DNA of 64,000 nt from Schmidtea polychroa. Lineage: Eukaryota. The notes below the pieces were generated by a model. It made no database searches, was not told the DNA's origin, and worked only from the letters and a program-made list of their open reading frames with translations. A program made the position numbers and the translations under genes. The stretch is taken from positions 14,446,001-14,510,000 of the forward strand of contig CM097885.1 of the NCBI GenBank assembly GCA_044892525.1. The letters run 5' to 3'. The first letter of the stretch is position 1; every line of letters begins with the position of its first letter. Of this stretch, positions 52,926-63,275 are shown piece after piece.

Positions 52926-54245
52926 ATGGCAGAGATAAATAATTTACAAAATCTAAACGAGAATAATTTACAAAATAATAATGTGCCAATAGCTCAACCA
53001 CCAGCGGTAGATTTTATGAGATACCCAACAATTCCGATTAAACCATTTAGTGGAAACCCAGGGGAGTTTCCGGAATTTATGTCCGAATATTTTCAGTTAG
53101 CCAGAGCATTAGGATTCCCGGAACCGGTAATGATTTTGAGATTACCTTTATATTTAAAAGGGATGGCGCGGGAAATATATAACGATGTTATAATAGCCGA
53201 GCATCTAGTTGAATGGAATGTATTGCGATTAGCGTTACAAAACAGAATATTACCGTGGGATGCAACTAGAGTGCTAAGACAACAGTTTTATAACAGGCGA
53301 CAAAATTCGGGTGAGCATGTTGGGGAATTTCCATATCAAATAATGATGTTGGCATAGAGAGCATTTGGCAATAGGGCAGCCTGGAATGATGCAACTAGAG
53401 CATTAGTGAAAGATCAGTTTTGGTCAGGGTTATCGTCAGCAATGAGAAATGCACTCAGTTTACAAATAGGAGATAATTTAGAGGAATTAACTCGCAAAGC
53501 GTGTTTAATTGAAAGTAGCATTGAAAAGTCAAATAATTTTGCAATTAGTAGCAATAAGTTAGACATTGAGTGTTTTAATTGTCATAAAAAGGGACATATG
53601 TCAAAAGATTGTAAAAGTAGGAATAATTCTCCAGGGGACAAATTGTGTACCAAGTGTGGGAGAAATAATCATGTGGCATCAAACTGTAGAATTTCGGACC
53701 TAAATTGTGAGAAATACAAGCGCAAGGGACATGTAGCGTCAGTTTGTAAAGCTAGTTTTGGGGGGAATAATTCAAATAATAACAATAATAGAAATAGAAG
53801 CCCCGATAGGAATTTTCCTGGTAATAATAATAATAATTTTCAGAGTAGAAATAATAATTTTAATAATAATATTAAAAGGGATGAAGTAAATTCGGGGGGT
53901 AAAATTAAATGTCATAAGTGTGGAAAATTTGGTCATATTATGCGTTCATGTCCACAAAATCAGTTATCTAATAGCAATGGTAGTAGTAACAATCATAATA
54001 ATCGACCAAAGCAGACAACGTTTGCAGTAAATTCAGATCATAAATTAACGTATTTGCAGCAGCTTGAATTAGAAATTCAAGAAGAGAGAAACAGGTTAGC
54101 AAGGCTAACTACAAATGAAACCGATGGGTACGATGAAAATGAAGTTGTTTATATGACGTCAGCCAGAAAAAGGCGAAATAAAAATAATTATATAGAACTT
54201 GAAGTGTTGATGCTTCAAGAGAGTCCACGAGAGGACAAAAAGTAA
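52926..54245 (+). CDS. gag: Gag (capsid-like domain + four zinc knuckles), one internal TAG
   Basis: ORFs 52926-53357 and 53406-54245 share a frame. Knuckles CFNCHKKGHMSKDC, CTKCGRNNHVASNC, CEKYKRKGHVASVC (degenerate) and CHKCGKFGHIMRSC. Confidence 0.9.
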
Positions 54246-54554
54246 AAGACTATGGTCATAGAACCAGAGGTCTGTGAGGGTTTACAGGTTTCACCCAGGA
54301 AAAATCTAGTGGCTATGGTCATGGAGCCAGAAGCCAACAGAGAAATAGAAGGTTTACCGGTTTCACCAGTTAAAAATCGTAAGGCTATGGACATGGATCC
54401 AGTAGCTAATGAAATTGTTCCAACAGAAGTTTTGGAAAAAAGATGGGCTTCGGTCAATGAGCCGGAAGTTCTTATAACCACATCATCCATACGAGGTGAG
54501 TGCGGTAGTGAACCAATAAAGGTTAGAGAAGCATCGAAAGAGGAAAGAAATCCT

Positions 54555-56138
54555 ATGTGGTAACAGTCGAGGATTACACAGTTGATCGAGTACGAAGGAA
54601 CTTTCGAAGTATCCACGGGGAAAATGATGTCTCACCCAGAATGCAACGTGAAATATGGTTATTGTAAAACTAGTTTGGCAGTATTAACGTACCAATCAAT
54701 GAGAGATTTTTGTGATTTAGGATACTTGAAAAAGGTAGTATTTTCAAGGCTAGATGGGAAAAGCTTTACGTCTCAGGATTCACAACAAAGTGGTTGGAGA
54801 GACAAGATAGCTCACCAAACGAAAAAGGAAGTAGTACCGGAGAAAAGCACAGCAGTAGTATTAGTCTCCAAGGACCCAACAGATGCAATTCGTTTAGTCA
54901 GAAAGAAACAGACGACAAAATGTGGTGTACTAATATTTGAAACCAACTACAAGGGAATATACTTAGCATACAAATATGTTCCAGCAGCTGAATCATTACA
55001 TCTATCAGATATTAAAATAGCCAAGTATATCAATAATAAGATTGATTTCTTATATCATGATCTGCAGAAACAATTATTAGATGTGTATCAGGAAGTGATC
55101 CTGAACGACTGTCGTTTAAATCGGGAAATAATACGGAATAGATTAGCAATATCGATAGCTAATCCGGATTTAATAATGCCAATGTTGACAGAGGAAGGAA
55201 CATTTGGTAGAATTTTGAGTGAAGCAATTTATAGCTACCAGTGTAAAGCAATAGAGGTGGAAATTACCAAATATGATCGATGTACATTGGAGCTACCTGT
55301 GAAATATAAAGGAAAATTGAGATTCCTGATGCCAGTATCACACCAGTTATTAAAGGAGGATACCTCACCATTAACAGCAATTTGAAATCCAGCAATGTCG
55401 CCATTATACAAAATCAACAATATTTGGATTTCGTTGCCAGACAGGAAGCCGCCTTCAAAACCAGTTGAAGTGCTTCAAGCGACAAAGTTAGAAACTAAAA
55501 TGGAGTTTCAACCATTAAACGAGATGTCAAAAGGCGGAGTATATACTCCAGAAGATATTGAAGAAGCTCGGAGAGCAATTGTATTTCCCCAAATCAGAGA
55601 TCGGGGAGTGACAGAAATAATAACAAGAATCTATCAATCATATGATGGAAAACCGGACTATAATCTATTATTTGGACCAGAACATTACAAACAAGCTGCA
55701 TCAAATGTAATACGGAAAATCTGGGGTAGATTTAGAAGCTTCGGCATTTTTGTAGCAGGATGTTCAGGTATATATGCAATAGTGATGATTTTGAAAATAA
55801 TCATATCGCAATTGTTTTCCACCTATAGTATCTTCAAGATCGGGGGATGGTCTTGGAAGTTGCTACTAGGAATGTGTCCAGTTTGTGCAGACTTTGCAGT
55901 ATTTCATCATCATAATAAAGAAATTAAAAGAATGAAGAGACAAACTATAAAGAAGCATGAGTTAATAATGTATGAACCTAGTCATCGAGACGATGACAAT
56001 TCTGACGAGGGAGGTAACCTAGAGGGCTATGAGACCTCAGACAACACCTCAATAAAACCAGACAACAAAAAACCGAAATTTCAAAATTTTGAAAATAGTA
56101 CTTTACAACAGTACCCTGTTAAAGCAAAAAGGAGGTAA
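54555..56138 (+). CDS. env: Env-like class III fusion glycoprotein (chuvirus/Mononegavirales-like G), N-terminally incomplete, with internal stops
   Basis: ECNVKYGYC, KYINNKIDFLYHDLQKQ...DCRLNREIIRN, GRILSEAIYSYQCKAIEV...CTLELPV.Y...FL.P.S..L and GGVYTPEDIEEARRAIVFP follow the pattern of retroelement-captured chuviral glycoproteins. TM segment at about 55740-55817. Confidence 0.8.
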
Positions 56139-56363
56139 CGGCAGGAGTGGCCTGTGAATTATTTGTCACCATACGAGGGTAGAAAAAAGATAATACCAGA
56201 ACGAGTCGAAGAGGAAATGCTAAAGAGGTTCGAGTTCAGAACAAATACAGATATATTACCATCTACCTCATACCCAACGTATAAAATGAAGTTCGAGACA
56301 ATGCCACCCTTGGGTACATCAGTATTAGAGATGGTACCGAAATATCCATTTAGCACGTTTTAA

Positions 56364-59300
56364 CGGCTAAAGGAAGAGTATAAAGATGAAATAAAATCAG
56401 AAAATGACAAAGATAGTGATGATCAACAAAAGTTCAGAGATAATATCAGAGGAATCTCAACAATATTAATGGTCAATATGGGTAAAAAGACTCATAAACC
56501 TACGATTAAATTAAAAGTTAACAGGCATACGGTACATGCCATTATTGATTCAGGATCAGATTTGACATTGATCGAAGCAAATTTTTTAAATGAAAAAGAA
56601 TTACAAGCAATAGTGCCGACATTAACCATGGCATCGGGAGCAAATGGACAACCTATCAAAGTTATCGGAACATTAGATTGTGAATTAAGGTTGTGCGATC
56701 AAAAATTTAGACACGATATCAAGGTCACTAGACAATGTATGGCAGATTGTATCGTGGGAATGGATATATTGAAAAAGTTAAAAGATATTGTATTCGATTG
56801 TGCAACAGGTGAATTAGTGAAAATGACGGGTAGAAAACGGAAAACCTACAGTGTGGATGTAGTGTTTTTGGATAGAGCGGTGACAATACCACCGAGGACC
56901 GAAACAGTTTGTTTTGTAGCAACACACCAAGAGGTGGAAGGAGATGTTATTTTCGAACCGAGTGAAAAGTTCGTAAAAAGGTATAAAACTCCTATGGTGC
57001 AAAACTTGGCAACAGTACGGGGAGGAAGGATCCCGATTAAATTAACGAATCTAGCGAGCAAATCATTGAGATTATACCCAGAGACTAGAGTGGGTAAAGT
57101 GATACAACTATCTAACATGCAGAAAGACTCCGAATCGATATTATCAGTAGAAGAGGATGAACGAGATCCTGATAACGAATATTACGACGCACCGAGCTGC
57201 GATAGTAAAGCTTTATCTAGAAAAGAAAATATCAGAGTTAATCAATTGTTAAGGAAATATGACCAAGTTTTCGCAAAACACGAATATGACTTAGGGCAAG
57301 TTAATATTTTAGAGCATGAAATTAAACTAACAGAAAATAAACCGATAAAAATACGCCCATATAGAATACCTCAAAGTATACAAGGGTCCGTAGATAAACA
57401 AATCAAATTAATGCAAAAATATAATATAATCAGACCCAGTAAATCTCCTTATTCCTCACCATTGGTGATTGTAGCTAAAAGAGACGGCTCAGTTAGATTA
57501 TGCAATGATTATAGGAAATTAAATGAACAAACAGTTAGTGATAATCACCCGCTACCTTTGCTAGACTACATTTATGATAAAATGAAAAATTCAAAGTTAT
57601 TTACTGTGATGGATGCACAGAAAGGTTTTTATCAAATAAAGATGAGCGAAGACTCAATTCCTATGACAGGATTTTCCACAAGTAGCGATCATTTCGAATA
57701 TTTAGAAATGCCGTTTGGATTAAAAGGAGCCCCTCCAACTTTTCAGAGGGCAATGAATATCATGTTGATAGATGCACATCACGCAATGGTATATATAGAC
57801 GATATTATCATCTTCTCGGAAGATTTGGATAAACATTTGGAACATCTTGAAGACATTTTCAAAAGATTGATTATGGCAAATCTGAAAGTAAAGCCAAGCA
57901 AATGCAAATGGGCAGAATCGGAAGTGATTTACGTAGGGCATGTAATATCACACGATTGCGTAAGACCAGATCCGGCAAACACGGATAAAGTAAAGAATTT
58001 CCCACAACCAGTGAATGTGAAACAAATCAAAGGATTTTTAGGGTTGACGGGATATTACCGGAAATTTATACGAAATATTTCATCAATTGCTTTTCCTCTA
58101 ACTACCTTAGAAAAGAAAGGTATAAAATTTTTATGGGGAGAAGATCAGCAACAGGCATTTGATAAGTCAAAAGATGCACTATGCAAACCACCAATTCTAC
58201 GATTTCCAGACTTTAAAAGACAATTCATGGTGATGACCGATGCATGCACAAGAGGTATAAGTGCAGTTTTGGGACAGAAAGACGAAATTGGTGATGAGTA
58301 CGCAGTAGCATATGCAAGTCGTGGATTGAAGCCACACGAAAAAAGTTATGCTGTAATAGAATTGGAAGCATTAGCGTTAGTGTTTGCAGTGGAAATATTT
58401 AGTCATTACCTATGGGGCAGAAAGGTAATTTTCTATACGGATCATAGACCATTGCAATGGCTGTTAAAACATAGAGACGAAGCATCAAAATTAGTAAGAT
58501 GGGCATTGAGATTACAGCCATATAATATCGAAATTGTATATCGTAAAGGTAAAGCTAATGGTAACGCAGATGCATTATCACGAATGGAGCAAGAGCCTGG
58601 GTTAGAAGATATAAAGGAAAGAAGATTAGAAGGAACAATCTTCATGATAACAAGAGAGGCTAACACTTTGAGCGATTTAGTAGAAGCACAGAAAAATGAT
58701 GACGAAATTAATATGATCAGACAAGCTATAGAAGTAAAGGCCATACCAAATGAATTCCAGAAATATTGGGAGAAACATAAAGTTAAATTCATATTGGAAG
58801 AAGGTCTAATCAAATACGTGGAATCAAGAGATAATGTAATATTAGTGCCAAAGAAATATAGAGAATCACTATTATTACAATACCACAATGGAGCACTGGG
58901 AGGACATCTCTCAGCTAGACATACACTGTCAAGATTGAAAATGAAATACTTTTGGCCAGATATGAAAGATGATGTTAAAAAGTGGTGTCAATCGTGTAAG
59001 ATATGTATAACCAGAAGGAACACAGGCAGGAAACCACATGTTCCATTGAAACCAATGCCAGTACCGTCCTCGCCAATGGAGATGACTGCTATGGACGTTC
59101 TAGGGCCGTTTAAAGAATCGAAGATGGGAATTAAATTTATCATAGTATTTCGCGACTACTTAACGAAGTGGCCCGAAGCATTCCCAATTCCGAATCATAA
59201 GGCAGACACAATTGCCCGAATCTTTGTAGAACAAATTGTATTTAGATATGGTGTTCCAACCAAATTGCTTACTGACAGAGGAAAAGATTTCATGAGTAAT

Positions 59301-60896
59301 TTGTTAAAGCGTATAAACGATTACTTTGGTATTTTAAAGTTAAATACTTCACCATACCACCCACAGACAGATGGATTGGTAGAAAGGTTCAATGGAACCT
59401 TGGCAAACATGTTATCATCATACGTAAACTCAGGTCAGACGGACTGGGATGTACACATACCATCATGTTTGTTTGCGTATAGAAATGCGGTTCATTCAGT
59501 AACAGGAGAAACACCTTTCTATCTGATGTATTTAAGGCATAGCAAGATGCCGGTGGATCTTATATTTTATCCGAAAGCTTCACAGAATTGTGATGAAGGA
59601 AATTACTTATTCGAGATGAGAGAGAGAATGCAAGAAGCCTGGGAGAAAGCAGGTTTGAACATTCGTTATCACCAAGAAACAATGAAGGAATATCATGATC
59701 GTAAGGCAAAGGATCATGGGTTTTTGGTAGGAGATTATGTCATGTTAGAGGGACATTACAACAAAAAAGGTTTATCTCCAAAATTAATGAGAAATTACAA
59801 AGGGCCGTATCAAATTTTGAAAGTCACAGAAACCAATTTAGTCTTGCAGTTAGTGGCAAACAGAAAAGCAGAACCGATAATGGTTCATGCAAACAGATGT
59901 AAAAAGATAGCACCGCCAGAAAAGGAGAAACCAAAATCCGATATTGATGAATTCGAAATAGATAAGAAATCGAAAAAGAAAACATTAGAATCATATAAAA
60001 GTATCCTAAAGGGACAACCAGAACGATACCCTCTACGATCCCGGCAAATCCCGAAAACAGTTACATTTCTAGCTGTGATTAGTTGTGTTATGATGATTGG
60101 ACAAGCATTCAAGGTATTTACACCAAAAGCCAGTCAACATCCAGATATCGAATATCAACGAACACATAGAGCATTCAGATTTCATTTAACGAATATACAG
60201 TGGCACAGATATGATCTATATTTGGTAGCTGCTGAAAAAGGGATATCATTTCACTTGAATACATGGGATCGAGTAAAAGTAATAGAGGGACTTATGCCGA
60301 ATACAAGTTATCTATTAGAAATCAAGACATTTTTTGCTGACCCAAACGTTTTTGCAGACGGCGGAGATTGTGTAGATAAAGCAGCATGGATTTTGAAGAC
60401 TGCAAAATTTACCAAAAAAGTAGAGATTTCATATCTCGGGCAGATAGTAAGATTTACTCACCTACGATGGAACAGAAATGATACATCTTCCACCCACGAT
60501 TGGAGGACGAATAATAAAATTACGCTTATCGTCATATTAGAAAACAACCAGCGAGTCGAGAGATTAGTGCTCAACCATGCGTATCTAAGTAGAAGATGGA
60601 AAATCAAAACAGATACCGTGACCAAGGCGAATATTTCGTATTTGGAATTTACGGAGAGAACAGGTTGGTATACAATATACCAAGAAATAGTAAATCTAAT
60701 ACCTCCCACAAAGGGGGAACTAACTAGCAAAGAAGGAAAGGCTAGATTAGTGAATATTCCTGGTTGTAAAGGAATAAATGCTTTGGATTGGTTTAGTATT
60801 AGAAAGGTAGCGAGTGAAAAACAGCCCCGCATAAATAAATTAATTAATAATTGTAGTTGTCAAAATACAGTAAAGAGGACAACGGGTTATTTTTAA
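56364..60896 (+). CDS. pol: Pol (protease, RT, RNase H, integrase) with a 283-aa C-terminal extension; frame fully open
   Basis: IIDSGS (PR), YIDDII (RT), TDAC / ELEALA / TDHRPL / NADALSR (RH), H..GGH...C..C, MDVLGP / TDRG / VERFN (IN), GPY motif. Open from 56364; first ATG at 56469. Confidence 0.97.
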   Translation, partial: RLKEEYKDEIKSENDKDSDDQQKFRDNIRGISTILMVNMGKKTHKPTIKLKVNRHTVHAIIDSGSDLTLIEANFLNEKELQAIVPTLTMASGANGQPIKVIGTLDCELRLCDQKFRHDIKVTRQCMADCIVGMDILKKLKDIVFDCATGELVKMTGRKRKTYSVDVVFLDRAVTIPPRTETVCFVATHQEVEGDVIFEPSEKFVKRYKTPMVQNLATVRGGRIPIKLTNLASKSLRLYPETRVGKVIQLSNMQKDSESILSVEEDERDPDNEYYDAPSCDSKALSRKENIRVNQLLRKYDQVFAKHEYDLGQVNILEHEIKLTENKPIKIRPYRIPQSIQGSVDKQIKLMQKYNIIRPSKSPYSSPLVIVAKRDGSVRLCNDYRKLNEQTVSDNHPLPLLDYIYDKMKNSKLFTVMDAQKGFYQIKMSEDSIPMTGFSTSSDHFEYLEMPFGLKGAPPTFQRAMNIMLIDAHHAMVYIDDIIIFSEDLDKHLEHLEDIFKRLIMANLKVKPSKCKWAESEVIYVGHVISHDCVRPDPANTDKVKNFPQPVNVKQIKGFLGLTGYYRKFIRNISSIAFPLTTLEKKGIKFLWGEDQQQAFDKSKDALCKPPILRFPDFKRQFMVMTDACTRGISAVLGQKDEIGDEYAVAYASRGLKPHEKSYAVIELEALALVFAVEIFSHYLWGRKVIFYTDHRPLQWLLKHRDEASKLVRWALRLQPYNIEIVYRKGKANGNADALSRMEQEPGLEDIKERRLEGTIFMITREANTLSDLVEAQKNDDEINMIRQAIEVKAIPNEFQKYWEKHKVKFILEEGLIKYVESRDNVILVPKKYRESLLLQYHNGALGGHLSARHTLSRLKMKYFWPDMKDDVKKWCQSCKICITRRNTGRKPHVPLKPMPVPSSPMEMTAMDVLGPFKESKMGIKFIIVFRDYLTKWPEAFPIPNHKADTIARIFVEQIVFRYGVPTKLLTDRGKDFMSNLLKRINDYFGILKLNTSPYHPQTDGLVERFNGTLANMLSSYVNSGQTDWDVHIPSCLFAYRNAVHSVTGETPFYLMYLRHSKMPVDLIFYPKASQNCDEGNYLFEMRERMQEAWEKAGLNIRYHQETMKEYHDRKAKDHGFLVGDYVMLEGHYNKKGLSPKLMRNYKGPYQILKVTETNLVLQLVANRKAEPIMVHANRCKKIAPPEKEKPKSDIDEFEIDKKSKKKTLESYKSILKGQPERYPLRSRQIPKTVTFLAVISCVMMIGQAFKVFTPKASQHPDIEYQRTHRAFRFHLTNIQWHRYDLYLVAAEKGISFHLNTWDRVKVIEGLMPNTSYLLEIKTFFADPNVFADGGDCVDKAAWILKTAKFTKKVEISYLGQIVRFTHLRWNRNDTSSTHDWRTNNKITLIVILENNQRVERLVLNHAYLSRRWKIKTDTVTKANISYLEFTERTGWYTIYQEIVNLIPPTKGELTSKEGKARLVNIPGCKGINALDWFSIRKVASEKQPRINKLINNCSCQNTVKRTTGYF

Positions 60897-61215
60897 TTAT
60901 GATAGGGGGAGTAATATGCATGATTTTAATTTTAATATTAACTACCCTATGGATGTTTAGATTAAATATACGGGATATTCGTTATTGGGAAATTATTTAC
61001 GAAACCGAGGTATAGGGGGAAAATCTCACCATATACTAGGAAGTGTAAATATATATAGTTATTTATTTTATATGTTATTTATATTAGTATGTAAACTAAT
61101 GTGGGCTCAAATGAGCATTGGTAAAATCAGACATCAACGTATGCCGATTTTGGTTACCCTGCGAGGGTCTATCACGAAAGTGATAAAAGCTGTTAATTAT
61201 TTTATTTTTAGAAAA

Positions 61216-63275
61216 ATGAGTTATAATAGAGAACCAAAGCCACCAGTCAAAGCAAATCGACGACACCCATTGGCAACGTACAATTCCCAGACTCGAGTTG
61301 AAACTGAAGTGTATAGCACCTATGAAGAAGAGTATGTATATCGGTTCATCGGAACCACGGTCGCATCAAAAATGAATCACCTCACCTCAAACTATTGGTA
61401 TTATCCCAGGAGAGTGGATATTCCAAATGACTTCAAATTCCCAGGAGGGCCTCGAAGGCAAATGATGATAACGGTTATAAATAACCAAGGTAGATTAAAA
61501 TTGGCGGAACTATGTAGGGAGTATGGTTCATGTCCGAAATTGGAAAATATTTGATCCATGGCTTCACTGTGTTTATGGCGGGATTAGAGTTACCTGTTGA
61601 ATTAGAAAAACAGTGTACTCTGGAGATATACCACGCTGATGGACGAGAACAGAATATTATGATCCAGGCAGCGGCAGTGGATACCATAATCGCAGTAGAA
61701 ATCTTAGACTTCAGGAAGCCATACTCTATAGTTAGCAAAAACGAGCCAACTTGGATTTATAATGTAAATGAAGCTGATATACAGCAGTGTAAATCATTTG
61801 TGAGGAAGAAGTTAACCAAAGCCGAGGAGGACGAGGCTACAATTTTCATATCGGCAGGTTTTGCCAAATCCCGATTAGAACTGAAGGAGACAATTATCCA
61901 AATCGCAATTATGGATGTGAGGGGAAACAATTTATTGAGTGCGGTAGTGACTCCTAGAGACCCTGTAAAACACTACCAAACCCACCAATACAAGTTAAAA
62001 GAACCCGATATTAGAGGAAACCTCGACGAAGATGATTGTTATCATCTGATAAGAAAGATTTGTGATAAGAAAATACTTGTGGGTATTTTACTTAAAGATC
62101 TAATCTCGGTAGCCAATCTACCAGTGCAGCGAATATTGGGTATCCGTGACCTTTCTGCAAATAAACTATTGGAAACCAGAGGAGTCCCAAAGATTCATGG
62201 TCATTACAGATTGGGATTCCTGACAAAGACTTTCCTACGTACGGTTCCCGGAGAGCCAAGGAATTTAGTGGTCACCAATGAGGCACTGGCGATACGTGCG
62301 GTTTATTTACATATCAGAAACGAATGGTTAGACCATATCACGATACCTCAGGAGGAATTCATTTCCGCCACTACAGCAGCGATAGTTGAACAGGAAATGA
62401 CGCAAAAGAGGAGATTACGCGAGCAACCATCTACATCAGGGCAACCCCAGCCTAAGAGAAAATCACCTGTAGATCTACCACCGCCTCCAGCTATATCTAT
62501 TGGAGAAGAAGATGAATATGAAACATGTGCTAGTGAAATGGAGACAGCAAAATCACCTAAACATCCATCAGGAGCTGCCTATCAGCCAAAGGATAAATCG
62601 GATAATGCGGTCAGAAAAGAAAATCCAGAAGGAGGCAAGGTGAAAAAGATGTTAAAGAAAATTTTACCCATAAAAAGAGACAAGTCGAAGCTAAAGTTGA
62701 AGAAAGTTGTTAAACCATCGGAAGGAACGACAAAAGAGACACCCAGTAGTATGGAAGATAAGAATAATAAACCTCAAAAGATATTCAGCGAACCTGATGA
62801 TGACATTATGGAAGTTGCCTTTCAACCTTCGGTTAAGGAGATGCAGGAAGCAATAAAGGTTAAATCTGAACCTGTGGTAAGGCAGAAATTGTTAAAGATT
62901 GCCAAGGAGAATATCATCAAGAAACCAGTTTCGGTTGATGTGGACGGTTTCGAACCAATGTGGTACAAACGTCCGGATAGTAAATGGAAACCCAGAGCTA
63001 AGGAGTATGACTGCCAACCAGTCACGAGAATAGCAGTCAATAATAATCAAAAATATGATGTTTATGACGTAGACGGGATCCCTTACGTGGTCTCTACAGT
63101 CATATTAACGAGTGCTCTGGATGGTAAGCCTTTGGCAGTGAGCTTTGAGCCAGAAGTCTTACAGAAGAGGAAAAAGAAGTTGCTGCAGCAATATGTCGTT
63201 GCAAATAGCTACAGCACGAAGGAGTTGCACCTTTACAAAGTTCCAGACCCAGATCCCGATGATCTGGATATCTAA
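61216..63275 (+). CDS. Accessory ORF3 with a DEDDh (REX4/ISG20-like) exonuclease-fold domain lacking catalytic residues; one frameshift
   Basis: MSYNREP... (ATG 61216) joins ORF 61530-63275 through a 1-nt shift at about 61517-61519. The segment 61839-62327 has IAIMDVRG...V.P...V..Y.T, KILVG...KDL, IRDLS and EALAIRAVY. Confidence 0.7.

Noticed and set aside
52926-56363. Alternative genetic code (TAA/TAG = Gln) as the explanation for the in-frame stops
   Set aside because: Long host and transposase ORFs contain no in-frame TAA/TAG, Gln is coded CAA/CAG in CFAP299, and one of the stops is TGA.
54215-62000. Antisense and alternate-frame ORFs over the retroelement (e.g. 54215-54616, 58442-58888, 60458-60832)
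   Set aside because: Shadow ORFs of real coding sequence with no motifs.
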